From Candidatus Bathyarchaeota archaeon (GTDB lineage Archaea > Thermoproteota > Bathyarchaeia > Bathyarchaeales > Bathycorpusculaceae): DNA of 48,006 bases. Position numbers and translations under genes: made by a program. The stretch's first letter is position 1. Every line of letters starts with the position of its first letter. The stretch spans positions 1-48,006 of the forward strand of contig CAVYHV010000025.1 in NCBI GenBank assembly GCA_963768425.1, given 5' to 3'. The notes under the pieces are model-generated. The model did no database searches, was not told the origin of the DNA, and was given only the letters and a program-made list of their open reading frames with translations. Positions 29,260 to 39,481 of the stretch are shown piece after piece.

Positions 29260-29904
29260 AACAGCAGGCATGATCGGCTACGACACTCGCAACCCACTTC
29301 AGGCGATTACTGTAGAGCTGTTTTTGATGAAGCAGGAAATAGATACTTTGCCAGACAGCCCACGCAAAGTGGACGTTCAAGAAAGTCTACGCACATTGCA
29401 GGAACAAACATACTACATTAGCAAGATTATTTCTGACATGCAAGATTTCGCCAGACCCCTCAACCCCGAATTGGGGGAAGTTGACCTGCACGCATTCATA
29501 CTACAACTGATCTCAACAGTCCAAGTGCCCGGAAACATCAAGTTGTCCAGGAATGCAAAAGCAACCCCCTCAAGTGCAAGCCGATTCTGCATTCTAAAAA
29601 CGGATCCTCGTAAACCTAGTTACAAACGCCATTCGAGCGATGCCAAACGGCGGTAACCTGAAAATCAAAGCCTTTTCAAGAGAAGAACAGCGTCAACGTA
29701 ACGATCCCAGACATGGGCATCGGTATCTCCGATGAGGTAAAATCGAAACTTTTCCAGCCGCTTGTGGCAACCAAATCTAAGGGTCAAGTATTCGGGTTAG
29801 CCGTTGTTAAACAATTGATGGAAGCCAGGGAGGGACGGTGTGTTTTGAGGCAAGCTTGGAAAAGGAACTCAGTTCAAAATAGTTTTCCCGAAAAAAATAA
29901 CTAA
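29260..29904 (+). pseudogene. Decayed sensor histidine kinase (HisKA + HATPase remnant)
   Basis: QTAGMIGYDTRNPLQ H-box with His replaced by Tyr; in another frame, after an in-frame TAA, KRILVNLVTNAIRAMPNGG (N-box); then DMGIGI...TKSKGQVFGLAVV; no sensor domain. Confidence 0.85.
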
Positions 29905-29980
29905 CCTACGAATCACCACTATTTTTAAGTCTAAGCAAAGTATTTACTATTCTGCCCCAAATTTTTGGGCGCAAAAGCTT

Positions 29981-30058
29981 GGGCTCGTAGTCTAGTACGG
30001 ACAAGGCATCGGCCTGCGGAGCCGGGAATCCTGGGTTCAAATCCCAGCGGGCCCGCCA
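29981..30058 (+). tRNA. tRNA-Arg(GCG)
   Basis: GGGCTCG/CGGGCCC acceptor stem, TCGGC-CT GCG GA-GCCGG anticodon arm, CTGGG TTCAAAT CCCAG T-arm, encoded CCA. Confidence 0.96.
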
Positions 30059-30168
30059 CTTAAGTTTAGATTTTCAGCTTCTTTTTTCCCAAGAAAATTT
30101 GTATAGTCCAACGATGAAGCTATTTCACAAAAGCAGAACTAAAAAATCAGAAAAGATTCACAGCATAC

Positions 30169-30846
30169 TTATTCTCTGCTGGAGAGCACTAGGATGTAGT
30201 CTGCGGTGTCTGCGCACATATCTGCGGCTTGCTCAATGAATTCAATGAGGTCATCGAATATCACCATGGCTCCGACGTTTATGTTCACACCGTATTTTAC
30301 AAACAGGCTTTTGCACTTAAGGTATTCAACGTCAATTGCGTGCTCAATCTCGCCGACCTTCTTGGCTTCATTAATTGCTTCAGTTGGGTTCGACGAAATC
30401 TTTTCTATGCTGCTTCTAAGCGTTTGAGCTGTCTCCACAAGCTTTCCCGTCATGACCACTGTTTTGTCGCTGAGTTCCTGTGGGATGTCTGCGCCTGAAA
30501 GCATCTCAAGGCATCGCGCGGCGTCTTTAGTGTGGTCAGCCAAAGTATCAAGCCGTTTGACCAGATGCAACAAATCTTCACGGTAATCTGCAACTAGTGC
30601 GGCTCCTTTGGATAACTCCATGAAAACATCTGTTCGAAGCGCGTCAACGCCTTCCTCAGTCTTGTAGAGGTTGTCTATGTATTTTTGTGCTTCTTTGAAA
30701 TTCTTCTCTGAAAAGCTCTTCATTGCTTTATGAAGCCACGTTACCGTGTCGAACGCCTTTGTTATCTGGTCATGCGCAAGTTCTAGTCCTCTGGTTTTAC
30801 GGCGTTGCTCAAACCAATCGTAACTTTTTCTCTCCACACTTAACAC
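30169..30846 (-). CDS. DUF47 / PhoU-like protein
   Basis: EEGVDALR, REDLLHLVKRLD.LAD, EHAID, ADMCAD helical repeats. Confidence 0.9.
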   Translation of the reverse strand: MLSVERKSYDWFEQRRKTRGLELAHDQITKAFDTVTWLHKAMKSFSEKNFKEAQKYIDNLYKTEEGVDALRTDVFMELSKGAALVADYREDLLHLVKRLDTLADHTKDAARCLEMLSGADIPQELSDKTVVMTGKLVETAQTLRSSIEKISSNPTEAINEAKKVGEIEHAIDVEYLKCKSLFVKYGVNINVGAMVIFDDLIEFIEQAADMCADTADYILVLSSRE

Positions 30847-31246
30847 CGGTTAAATATTGAAACAGTTGCAGATATAACCCTTATCGTTTATTGCGCCCGT
30901 AAATAATTGTCGAAGTTTTCAATACACATGTCTTTCTTTCTTAATGTCCGCTTTTTTGGCTTTTCATGGTACGCAGGCGTCAATTGCTAAAAGCCAATCC
31001 ATGAGATCGGCGTTTTTAGCCTTCGCTTGTTTTTTCCCATTTATTTTGCTCTTCAAGTTTTCCCCCTCAAATTCTCGCTGTAGTAGCCATGCTTAGACAT
31101 GGTTGAAGTACCATGGCATTTCTTGATTTGCACGCTGCTTTCTTGCTTTTTTCTTCTGCATGGGACTTTCAAGAAACCATCAGTTTTTCCGCTTATTTGG
31201 ACTGTGCAAATAGTATATAGAGAACAACTTATTCTATATAGAAAAA

Positions 31247-32164
31247 TTAGGTTTCCAATACGGCCTTTGCTAACCTAATTTTATCTTCTAAAGACTTCAT
31301 CACGGTATCTGTCACTTTCACTTCGATTCCGAGTTGCTCAACTTTGCTCTTTTCATCAATATCCCTAGCGTCGATTACAAATGTGTCAAGAAAATCCTCG
31401 TAGAGTTTCGCCACCGAAAAAGCTGAAACTTCAAGGCCTAAACTACGCATCAGTTTATCTGCGGGACCTTTGATTGGGGCGCCGTCAACTATGGGGCTGA
31501 CCCCGACAATCTTTGCATTTGTCTTCCTCAACGCGTCTTTGATGCCGTCAATCGACAGCATGCTTCCTATGCTGACTATTGGGTTGCTAGGGCAAATTAT
31601 AACCATCTTCGCGTTCAATATTGAATCAACGGTTTTGGGTGCGGGTTTCGCTTGAGAAGAGCCGACGAACTCAACGCCTAATACGTTGTCTTTGGCTTGT
31701 CTCTTGACAAAATACTCTTCAAAATGTATCAGCCCTTCCGCAACTTTTATCCAAGTTTCAAACTTGTCATCCGTCATCGGCATTATGTAAGCTTTTACTC
31801 CTAAACAGCGGCCAATTTCTTCAGTAACCTCAGAAAGTGTGAAACCTTTCCTTAGCAGGTTTGTTCTAACAATATGCGTGGCGAAATCTCTATCCCCGAT
31901 GCTAAACCATGTTTCTAAACCCATTTTTCTGAGCGTTTCGAGGCAGTGGAAAGTGTCGTCTTTTATTCCCCAGCCTTTCTCATTATCGACAATGCCTGCT
32001 AAGGTATATTGTACAATGTCGATGTCAGGTGAAATGTGTAAGCCGAACATCTCCATGTCGTCGCCAGTATTGACAATCACCGACAAATCCTCTTCTTTCA
32101 CAAGCTCAGTTAAGCCAGTTAGAAACCTTGCCGCTCCAACCCCGCCTGCTAGCGCTGTAATCAT
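31247..32164 (-). CDS. cofD: 2-phospho-L-lactate transferase (F420 biosynthesis)
   Basis: LAGGVGAARF, VNTGDD, ISPDID, GDRD.ATH, PSNPIVSI, GPADKLM. Confidence 0.95.
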   Translation of the reverse strand: MITALAGGVGAARFLTGLTELVKEEDLSVIVNTGDDMEMFGLHISPDIDIVQYTLAGIVDNEKGWGIKDDTFHCLETLRKMGLETWFSIGDRDFATHIVRTNLLRKGFTLSEVTEEIGRCLGVKAYIMPMTDDKFETWIKVAEGLIHFEEYFVKRQAKDNVLGVEFVGSSQAKPAPKTVDSILNAKMVIICPSNPIVSIGSMLSIDGIKDALRKTNAKIVGVSPIVDGAPIKGPADKLMRSLGLEVSAFSVAKLYEDFLDTFVIDARDIDEKSKVEQLGIEVKVTDTVMKSLEDKIRLAKAVLET

Positions 32165-32181
32165 AAACCACTGCACCACAG

Positions 32182-32637
32182 TCAATGGGTATGTTTCTCT
32201 GAGACCCAGTATTCGCTGGAGCCTTTTTCGGTGACTACTCGTTCTTTTTTGAAGATCGGCGCTTCGCTTTTGTACCTCTCAACAGTTTCACGCAGAACGC
32301 TGAAAACTTCCGGTCGATGGGAACCTGCTACAGCAACGTAAACTAAGTCGTCCCCAACTTTGAATTCGCCTAGTAAATGGTGAATTTGAACGTTAACTAT
32401 CCCGGGCTTTTTGTTTAAGTCATCGCATATTTTGCCGAGGACTTGGTCGGCTTTTTCTTCGTAAGCTTCCAGATGCAGCTTTTCGACCTTCTGTCCATCA
32501 AAGGTGTCGCCTCTCACCACTCCTATGAAAAGTCCTATTGCGCCGGCTTTAGAGTAATCTGGGTCCTTCTTAATGTTGTCAATAGCGTCTTGTATAGTGA
32601 AAGTTCCTTTTTCGTGAACTCCTGCTTTTGCCGACAA
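32182..32637 (-). CDS. moaE: Molybdopterin synthase catalytic subunit
   Basis: GAIGLFIGVVR, LEAY, HR, K..APIFKKE. Confidence 0.92.
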   Translation of the reverse strand: MSAKAGVHEKGTFTIQDAIDNIKKDPDYSKAGAIGLFIGVVRGDTFDGQKVEKLHLEAYEEKADQVLGKICDDLNKKPGIVNVQIHHLLGEFKVGDDLVYVAVAGSHRPEVFSVLRETVERYKSEAPIFKKERVVTEKGSSEYWVSEKHTH

Positions 32638-32819
32638 GATGATGCTTCCTGCTTTCGTTTAGAAGTTTCTAGATTAAGGTTTCTAAAGTATTTTGCCCTA
32701 AGATAAGCTTTTGAAAAAATCGATTTAGAGAAGGATAGAAAAAAACCGCTTTTTCCGCCGCTCAGCAATGTTATGGTTTTAGGCCTCGTCAGTTTTTTGA
32801 ACAATTCAAAATGAAAAGT

Positions 32820-32846
32820 TCAACAACAACATCAACAACAACAACC
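32820..32846. repeat. Imperfect (CAA)n simple repeat
   Basis: tCAACAACAACATCAACAACAACAACC in the rps3ae-moaE intergenic region. Confidence 0.8.
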
Positions 32847-33018
32847 AAAAAACGAATTGTTGTCGTTCCCTCTTTAAGATCTCGCGAAGACAAATTGTGT
32901 TAACTAAAAGCATTAGCCTCTACGTACGGGACAGCATCTTGAAGGAAAAGCTCCAGTATAAATCTCGAATTTAAAAACTTGCTATGGATCGACGGTTAAA
33001 TAGGAAATAATGGGTTGC

Positions 33019-33666
33019 TTATGCTTCAGCTACTTCCTCAGGCTCTGCGGGTCCGGTTGGGGTCTCTTTCGCCTTCCCTTCGATCTGAGGTGCCGCTAAG
33101 AGTTTAGATTTCCTTATGCCGACATGCCGGAGTGGTGCCACTTCTTTGGCTTGATTGTAGATGTCTGAAGCGATTTTGCCGAGAACCATTTCTTGGACGA
33201 ACTGGTCAAGGGATAATGCTTCGGCTTTTTCATGGATTGTTTTGTCCATTATCTTGCGGATTATCTTTTCCTGTGACGTTTTTATTCTTGAAAGTGTCAG
33301 TGCCGAAACGGCGATTCTGAGTTTGTATCCGTCTTTTGTGGTTAGGTTGATTAATGAATCAACTTTGGTTGTTCGTCTTCTGACCAAGCTGCGGAGGTAA
33401 TCCCGCGAGTACTCATGACCCTTGAAGAGTGTCTTTGCGGTTTTCGCGTCGATCTCGTTAACTTGGAAGAACATTTTTAAATAATGATGTGAAAAATCAG
33501 CAGTTATGTCGTACAGTGTGGCTTCGACAACTCTTCCAATCAGCAGTTTTGGATCTTCAGCTGGAATGGAGCCTAACTCAACGTTGCCAAAGAAGGACGG
33601 TGCAACGACCATGTACCATGCTTTTCCACGCCACTTATCTTTTACATGTCTCGTTTTTGAAGACAA
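33019..33666 (-). CDS. rps3ae: 30S ribosomal protein eS1 (S3Ae)
   Basis: KDKW..K.WY...AP, GRVVEATLYD, DYLRSLVRR, IRKSKLL. Confidence 0.96.
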   Translation of the reverse strand: MSSKTRHVKDKWRGKAWYMVVAPSFFGNVELGSIPAEDPKLLIGRVVEATLYDITADFSHHYLKMFFQVNEIDAKTAKTLFKGHEYSRDYLRSLVRRRTTKVDSLINLTTKDGYKLRIAVSALTLSRIKTSQEKIIRKIMDKTIHEKAEALSLDQFVQEMVLGKIASDIYNQAKEVAPLRHVGIRKSKLLAAPQIEGKAKETPTGPAEPEEVAEA

Positions 33667-33717
33667 AGCTATTTCCCCGAACGCGCAGTCAACATTCTCA
33701 TAGAAATATTAAAAGGT

Positions 33718-35007
33718 TTACCGCTTTTTGTCTATTTTTTCTCTGTCGCCCATGTATTTTCGCAAGGCAACTGGTATGTTTATCGAGCCGTCTTCCTGTT
33801 GATTGTTTTCCAGCAATGCAACTATGGTTCTTCCCGTAGCTACAGCCGTGGAGTTCAAGGTGTGCACAAACGCTTTAGGCGCCGCGCCTTCCTTTTCCCG
33901 ATATTTTACGCCTAAGCGTCTTGCTTGGTAATCTGTGCAGTTGCTGCATGAAACAACTTCTCGGTAACCGTTCTGTGCGGGCATCCACGCTTCAATATCG
34001 TATTTTTTGGCTGCAACTGTCCCAATGTCGCCCGTGCAAACATTCACGACACGGTACGGCAACTCAAGCTTCTGAAGTATCTCCTCAGCATTCAAAAGCA
34101 GCTCTTCATGCAGTTTGGCTGAGTTTTCTGGCTTGCAAAAGATGAACTGCTCAATTTTGTTAAACTGATGGGTGCGGAAAATTCCCCGTGTGTCTTTTCC
34201 GTGGGCGCCTGCTTCCTTCCTGAAGCAGCTACTTATTCCCGCGAGTTTTATGGGCATATCCTGTTCTTTGAGCACTTCATTCATGTACATTGCGGCCATC
34301 GGATGCTCAGAAGTCGCAATCAAATACAGGTCTTCATTTTCCACTTTGTAGAGCACGTCTGCAAAGTCTCCCATCGCTGTTACCCCTTCATAAGCTTCAC
34401 GGGTCATCAAGCAGGGGGGAATAATTGCCGAGTAGCCCTTCTTGGTTAACTCTTCAATTGCAAGGCTCATCAACGCCATATCCAGTATGGCAACTTGGTT
34501 CTTGAGGTAAAAGAATCTTGAGCCGGAAACTTTACCAGCCCTTTCCATATCAATCTGGTCCAATGCCACAGCTAGGTCAATGTGGTTCTTTACTGGAAAA
34601 GCAAATGTCGGGATTATTCCCCAAGTTTTAACCTGAACATTATCTTTGTCGTCTTTGCCGAATGGGACACTGTCCTCCAGCAGGTTCGGCAGCCGCATAA
34701 GGTAATCATGGGTCTTCAGCTCTTGCACTGAAACCTGTTTTTCAACAATCCCGATTTTTTCGTCAACATCTTGCGCCTTTTGGACTTCCTCGTCAGCTTC
34801 TTTGCCTGCTCTTTTTAGTTTTGCGATTTCAATGGTTATCTGTTTTCGTTGGTGGCGCATCTCGTTTAATTTAGTGAGATTTTGTCGCCATTCCTTGTCA
34901 ATTCCAATTAAATCCTGTAGCATTTGGAGGCATTCAGGGTTGCCGCGTTTTGCCAAATTGGACTTGACAAGTTCCGGGTTCTCTCGGATAAGCTTTATAT
35001 CTAGCAT
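33718..35007 (-). CDS. serS: Seryl-tRNA synthetase (standard type)
   Basis: MLDIKLIREN, LIATSEH, FRKEAG, RTHQFNKIEQF, EVVSCSNCTDYQARR, HTLN. Confidence 0.97.
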   Translation of the reverse strand: MLDIKLIRENPELVKSNLAKRGNPECLQMLQDLIGIDKEWRQNLTKLNEMRHQRKQITIEIAKLKRAGKEADEEVQKAQDVDEKIGIVEKQVSVQELKTHDYLMRLPNLLEDSVPFGKDDKDNVQVKTWGIIPTFAFPVKNHIDLAVALDQIDMERAGKVSGSRFFYLKNQVAILDMALMSLAIEELTKKGYSAIIPPCLMTREAYEGVTAMGDFADVLYKVENEDLYLIATSEHPMAAMYMNEVLKEQDMPIKLAGISSCFRKEAGAHGKDTRGIFRTHQFNKIEQFIFCKPENSAKLHEELLLNAEEILQKLELPYRVVNVCTGDIGTVAAKKYDIEAWMPAQNGYREVVSCSNCTDYQARRLGVKYREKEGAAPKAFVHTLNSTAVATGRTIVALLENNQQEDGSINIPVALRKYMGDREKIDKKR

Positions 35008-35182
35008 TACCGTCACACGCAAATTCCTAACTTAAGGAATTCAGCTATTTAACTTTGTGATGTGAGATAAAAGCCTAAAACGGTTTATTCATAACCTGAA
35101 TAATGCAGAGAGAGCTTGATTAACCGCTGAACAATAAAAGGCTTAACTACAAATTGCTTAGAGTTGACGGTGAAGGCATTCA

Positions 35183-36733
35183 ATGGCAAGCATAGAGTTG
35201 GTACTTTCCGCATTCTTGCTACTAACTTTCATAGCTGCGCTTATTTCAATAAAAGCCAAAATGCCCTACACTCTGATTCTGGTTCTCACGGGTGTCCTAA
35301 TCACACTTTTTTTTGGTTTACTGTCGCTTCAGGGAAGCCCGATACAAGGGCAAATGCAGAGCATAACTGCGCAGATTCGGTCGCTTTATGATCTGCTTAT
35401 CCAAGGCGGTGAAGGCGGACTATATGTTGGGCTGATTGTTCCGCCACTAATATTTGAAGCGATGATTCACATCCGCGGCACGGACTTGAAAAGCGTAATA
35501 AAACCATCCTTGGCTCTTGCGACCATTGGTGTTCTTATAGCAACCGTCGTCACAGGCTTGATTTTATGGAAAGTGGTCGGCCTATCAATTTATGTCTCGT
35601 TTTTGTTCGCTGCCTTAATTGCACCGACTGATGTTGTGACTGTTTTGGAGGTCTTTCGTCATGTCAAAGTTCCATCCAAGTTGGCGACCCTCCTGGACAC
35701 TGAGGCAACCTTCAATGACGCAACAGCAATCGTCGTCTTCACTATTATTCTCTCAACGATCGGTCTTCAAAAAATAAACGTGCTGAGTTCTCTTTCAAAC
35801 TTTGGGTTTACCCTGGGCGCTGGAGTCCTAATAGGGCTAGGCGTGGCTTTCGCCGGGGAGGTCCTCTCAAGCCTAATCGAAGATAGAGTTGCCGAAACCA
35901 TTCTAACGATAGCAGTTGTTTACGGGTCGTACGCATTTGCATCTGGTATCGGTGCCTCCGGATTAATCGCGGTCGCAGTTGCTGGATTATATTTTGGCAA
36001 CTTTACGATTCGAACGGCCATGGAACCTTCGACGAGAGAAGCAGTCGAGATCTTTTGGCAGATCGCTGCTTTCATCGGCAACTCAATAGCTTTCCTTCTA
36101 ATTGGCTTCCAAGCAAACATCATCACTTTTCCTCAATCAATCCTGGTTATCTTGGCAGCTTTCGCAGCTGTAACAGTATCTAGGGCAGCCACCGTGTATC
36201 CGATACTTGCCTTCTACAGGAAGATCAGCGGGAAAATGACGTCTGTTTGGAGCAACGTCGCAATGCTTGGCGGCGTCAGAGGTGCACTTTCAATCGCGCT
36301 TGCAGCAACTATCACCACCTCAGCGATTATTTCCACGGCAGACCTGCATACGATAGACACAATGGTTTTCGGAGTTGCATTCATCTCCATAATGCTGCAG
36401 GTGCCTCTATTATTCAGGTACGTTAAAAGAGCAATGCCTGAAGTTGAAGCCTTCAAAGAAACGGAGCTTGACGACCAATTTGCTCGTTTGTCTTCCTACA
36501 TAGAAGAGATGCATAGGCTACGGTTAGAAGGCAGAATTTCTGAAGCTGAGTTCGCAGAGAGACTCGAAGAAAGCAAAATTGAGCTTGAAAGGCTGATTGC
36601 AACATCCCGAGTGACGGTTGAAACAAGAAAGATAATTCGTGCAAGAGCATCCATTCTTTTCCCCCGTCTACAAAATACAACAAATCAAAAACAAAAAGTT
36701 AAGAAAAAAGAAAAAGAGCAAAAGTCAAAGTAA
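35183..36733 (+). CDS. Na+/H+ antiporter, CPA1 (NhaP-like)
   Basis: PPLIFEA, APTD, EATFND, GGVRGALSIALA. Confidence 0.92.
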   Translation: MASIELVLSAFLLLTFIAALISIKAKMPYTLILVLTGVLITLFFGLLSLQGSPIQGQMQSITAQIRSLYDLLIQGGEGGLYVGLIVPPLIFEAMIHIRGTDLKSVIKPSLALATIGVLIATVVTGLILWKVVGLSIYVSFLFAALIAPTDVVTVLEVFRHVKVPSKLATLLDTEATFNDATAIVVFTIILSTIGLQKINVLSSLSNFGFTLGAGVLIGLGVAFAGEVLSSLIEDRVAETILTIAVVYGSYAFASGIGASGLIAVAVAGLYFGNFTIRTAMEPSTREAVEIFWQIAAFIGNSIAFLLIGFQANIITFPQSILVILAAFAAVTVSRAATVYPILAFYRKISGKMTSVWSNVAMLGGVRGALSIALAATITTSAIISTADLHTIDTMVFGVAFISIMLQVPLLFRYVKRAMPEVEAFKETELDDQFARLSSYIEEMHRLRLEGRISEAEFAERLEESKIELERLIATSRVTVETRKIIRARASILFPRLQNTTNQKQKVKKKEKEQKSK

Positions 36734-36878
36734 GAATCGGACGGCGCATCTTAAACTTACAAAATTTTTGTGAGGAGAGAAATTCAAAAAATAAGAGAAG
36801 GTTTGGGTTTGGTTAGGTAGAAAACGGGAAAGGCTTTTCTACAGCCAACCCATAATCAGCTTTAACACCCATCCCAAG

Positions 36879-37526
36879 TTGAGAAACCCCTTGCTGACGA
36901 AACTAAAGAAAAAAGTTCAGCAAATGCTGACATCGGAAGCACAAGCCGCTCACAAAATAGGTTTAACTCCCAACAAGGTGAGCCTAATCGGCTTCATTCT
37001 CGCTTTTGCATCCGCCGCTGGCTACGGTCTAGCTCAAGACCACCCTTGGCTTTTGCTGCTTGCAACGGCTTTTCTCTTGGCTTCAGGATTCTGCGACACT
37101 CTTGACGGAATTATCGCACGAATCTTCCGACAGGTGACGGTTTTCGGCGGGTTCTTCGACTCAGTTCTCGACAGATACGCCGATGCAATCGTTTTCGCTG
37201 CCATATTGATTGCTGGATTATGTAACGCTGCTTGGAATGCATTTTGGGGTCCTCTTTGGGTTCTGGCTGCTTTGGTGGGTTCTTTGCTGGTAAGTTACAG
37301 TCGTGCAAGGGCTGAGGCTGTGGGATTAAAGATGGAGTCAGTTGGATTGGCTGAACGGGCAGAACGGATGTTGATTTTAGCCGCTGTCAGCGTAGCGGCG
37401 TTTTTCTGGTTGCCCGCCTTAGGCTACGGTATAGCCTTGATAGCGGTGCTTTCAAACTTTACAGTTATACAGAGAGCATTGTATGTGTATAAAGAATTAA
37501 AGAAAAAAGCAGTATCAGTTGCTTAG
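36879..37526 (+). CDS. CDP-alcohol phosphatidyltransferase (archaetidylinositol phosphate synthase-like)
   Basis: TPN, D.LDG.IAR....T.FGGFFDSVLDRYAD, SYSRARAE, ERAER. Confidence 0.92.
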   Translation: MRNPLLTKLKKKVQQMLTSEAQAAHKIGLTPNKVSLIGFILAFASAAGYGLAQDHPWLLLLATAFLLASGFCDTLDGIIARIFRQVTVFGGFFDSVLDRYADAIVFAAILIAGLCNAAWNAFWGPLWVLAALVGSLLVSYSRARAEAVGLKMESVGLAERAERMLILAAVSVAAFFWLPALGYGIALIAVLSNFTVIQRALYVYKELKKKAVSVA

Positions 37527-37813
37527 TATCTTCTTCGGGCTTTTGAGTGGCGTTCGCTTTCGGCTCTAACGTTGACTATTCCACGGTGAACCGCGCACGA
37601 TATGCAGTAATATTTTGTGTCAACCCATGAAGCTAAAAATGTGCCTTTTTGTCGAAGTTCTTTGGCTAGTTGAGGCTCGACAAACGATACGCGGCGAGTA
37701 GATCTCTTTGCCTTGTCACGTGGCACCTGTGCCCCGCAATTTGCGCATTGTACAAGGCTTCCGCTTCCTTTACTTCCTTTTGATCTTCCTCGGCTTTTTC
37801 GTTTAGATGGCAA
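37523..37813 (-). CDS. rps26e: 30S ribosomal protein eS26
   Basis: VQCANCG..VPRDKA, YCISCAVH.GIV.VR. Confidence 0.95.
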   Translation of the reverse strand: MPSKRKSRGRSKGSKGSGSLVQCANCGAQVPRDKAKRSTRRVSFVEPQLAKELRQKGTFLASWVDTKYYCISCAVHRGIVNVRAESERHSKARRRY

Positions 37814-37863
37814 TTATTTTTACCTCTTTCTCTTCTATTTTTCACATTATGCATTAAACTATC

Positions 37864-38772
37864 TTATATATCTGCTCTTAATTTTAAGAGCGAAGCGACG
37901 TTCGCTTCCCGATTTATTAAAGGAACAATTTTTCCGTCTGGCGACGTCATCAACGTCGTAACTCCAGGACCATGTCCAGCTGTGACACAATTCGAATGAA
38001 TCACCACACCCACCGAAACTGCGCCTTGACGGTAAATCCTCCCGAACGAGTGGTCCGCGTCAACGATCGCTACCAAATCACCAAGCCTCAGCGTTTCCAA
38101 TTTGTATTGGTCAACAACTGCTTTATCAAACATTTGAATGTCGTAATCTCCCGAATTAACTTGGTTTGCCCCTAACCCTGAACCCATAACAGCGGCTGGA
38201 ACAACATGCGTGACAGGAACCAAAAGCTTGTTCTCTTTCGGCTGAGGATCCCATGCGGCAAGCAAAGCTGGGTCCATGTTGAAGACTTTGATTTCTGGAA
38301 AATCGACTAGTTTTAAACCCGTGCCGAAGGCTTTCACAAGGATCTTGTCTCCAAGCACAAGCTTATCCAAAATTCCTGAGGGAAAATCAATTAGCACATG
38401 CTCGATCCCGCCGTGCTTCCCCGTGACAACGCCTCTTGCGCCTTTGCCGTCACCGTTTACTACTATTGCTTCGTTTCCCACACAAGACAACACGTTAAAT
38501 GCTGTGTTAGCTGCGACTCCTGATCGTGAATCGTTTTCCTTGTTCTCTGCGCTTACGCCTGGCTCAACGTGGTCCGCTTCCCAACCGCAGGCTAGGTCGC
38601 CGACTCTTAGATTGTAGGTGATGCCGCCGACGCTTGGCAGCACATGAGGTTGCCCCGTTGCAGACACCGTGTAGACTGACCTGATGGTTGGGCTGGCAAT
38701 TTCACCCATAACTGAGATTTTTATAAGTTTTTCATTGTTGGTTGTCAGCATAAATAGTTCCCTGTTGGGCAT
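37864..38772 (-). CDS. DUF4438-like protein
   Basis: GGITYN, ADHVEPGVS, GKHGGIEHV, GSGLG, DYDI, GHGPGVT. Confidence 0.8.
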   Translation of the reverse strand: MPNRELFMLTTNNEKLIKISVMGEIASPTIRSVYTVSATGQPHVLPSVGGITYNLRVGDLACGWEADHVEPGVSAENKENDSRSGVAANTAFNVLSCVGNEAIVVNGDGKGARGVVTGKHGGIEHVLIDFPSGILDKLVLGDKILVKAFGTGLKLVDFPEIKVFNMDPALLAAWDPQPKENKLLVPVTHVVPAAVMGSGLGANQVNSGDYDIQMFDKAVVDQYKLETLRLGDLVAIVDADHSFGRIYRQGAVSVGVVIHSNCVTAGHGPGVTTLMTSPDGKIVPLINREANVASLLKLRADI

Positions 38773-38902
38773 TATGTCCTATCCGCGGAAGTGGCTAATA
38801 AACTTCACAGAGCAATTCTTGAGCCTAAGCAAATCTTAAATTATGCGTCCCTTTATTGTTGCATTGGAAGTTAAGCCTGCTAAAATTGTTGGAAGAATTG
38901 CA

Positions 38903-39481
38903 ATGTCCGAAATAGGGTTAAGAACAAAAATGCTGGTTAGAGATGTAATGAGCAGCCCAGTCGTCACGATGAATGAAAACGCAGCTTCAAACCTTGCCGC
39001 CGCAGCCATGGACCAGAACGATTTAGGATGCGTAATTGTTACCAACAAGGCTGGACAATCAATCGGTATAATCACGGAGCGGGATTTGGTCGTTAGGGTG
39101 TTGGCGAAGAACATTAAGCCAGACACAGTGAAAGCAAAGGAAATCATGACTACCCCCTTGGTTACTATTGAACCTGAAGCAACAATTAGTGAAGCTGCCC
39201 GAAGGATGAACCGGCTGGATATCAGGAGGCTCGGCGTGATCTACAAGGGCAATCTTGTCGGCATAATCACTGCCAAAGATGTCTTAGGTGTGATGCCTGA
39301 GCTCATCGAGATAATCCAAGAGAGAACACGCATCGAAGGCGCAGCCCGCACCGAAGAAGGCGAGGAAGTTCCCCTGTCAGGGTACTGCGACCGCTGTAAC
39401 ATTTATACTGACACCCTTAAAGAACGAAACGGACAGAACATTTGCGACGAATGCCGAGTTGAACTCGAAGAAGAAAAGTAA
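38903..39481 (+). CDS. CBS-pair protein with C-terminal zinc ribbon
   Basis: VRDVMSSPVVT, GIITERD, IRRL; GYCDRC...CDEC. Confidence 0.9.
   Translation: MSEIGLRTKMLVRDVMSSPVVTMNENAASNLAAAAMDQNDLGCVIVTNKAGQSIGIITERDLVVRVLAKNIKPDTVKAKEIMTTPLVTIEPEATISEAARRMNRLDIRRLGVIYKGNLVGIITAKDVLGVMPELIEIIQERTRIEGAARTEEGEEVPLSGYCDRCNIYTDTLKERNGQNICDECRVELEEEK

Noticed and set aside
10884-29968. Identical 12-mer CCAAATTTTTGG at 10884 and 29957
   Set aside because: Matching AT-rich 12-mers are expected by chance in 48 kb.
29981-30170. Integrated element at tRNA-Arg
   Set aside because: No integrase and no duplicated tRNA 3' end seen in the window.
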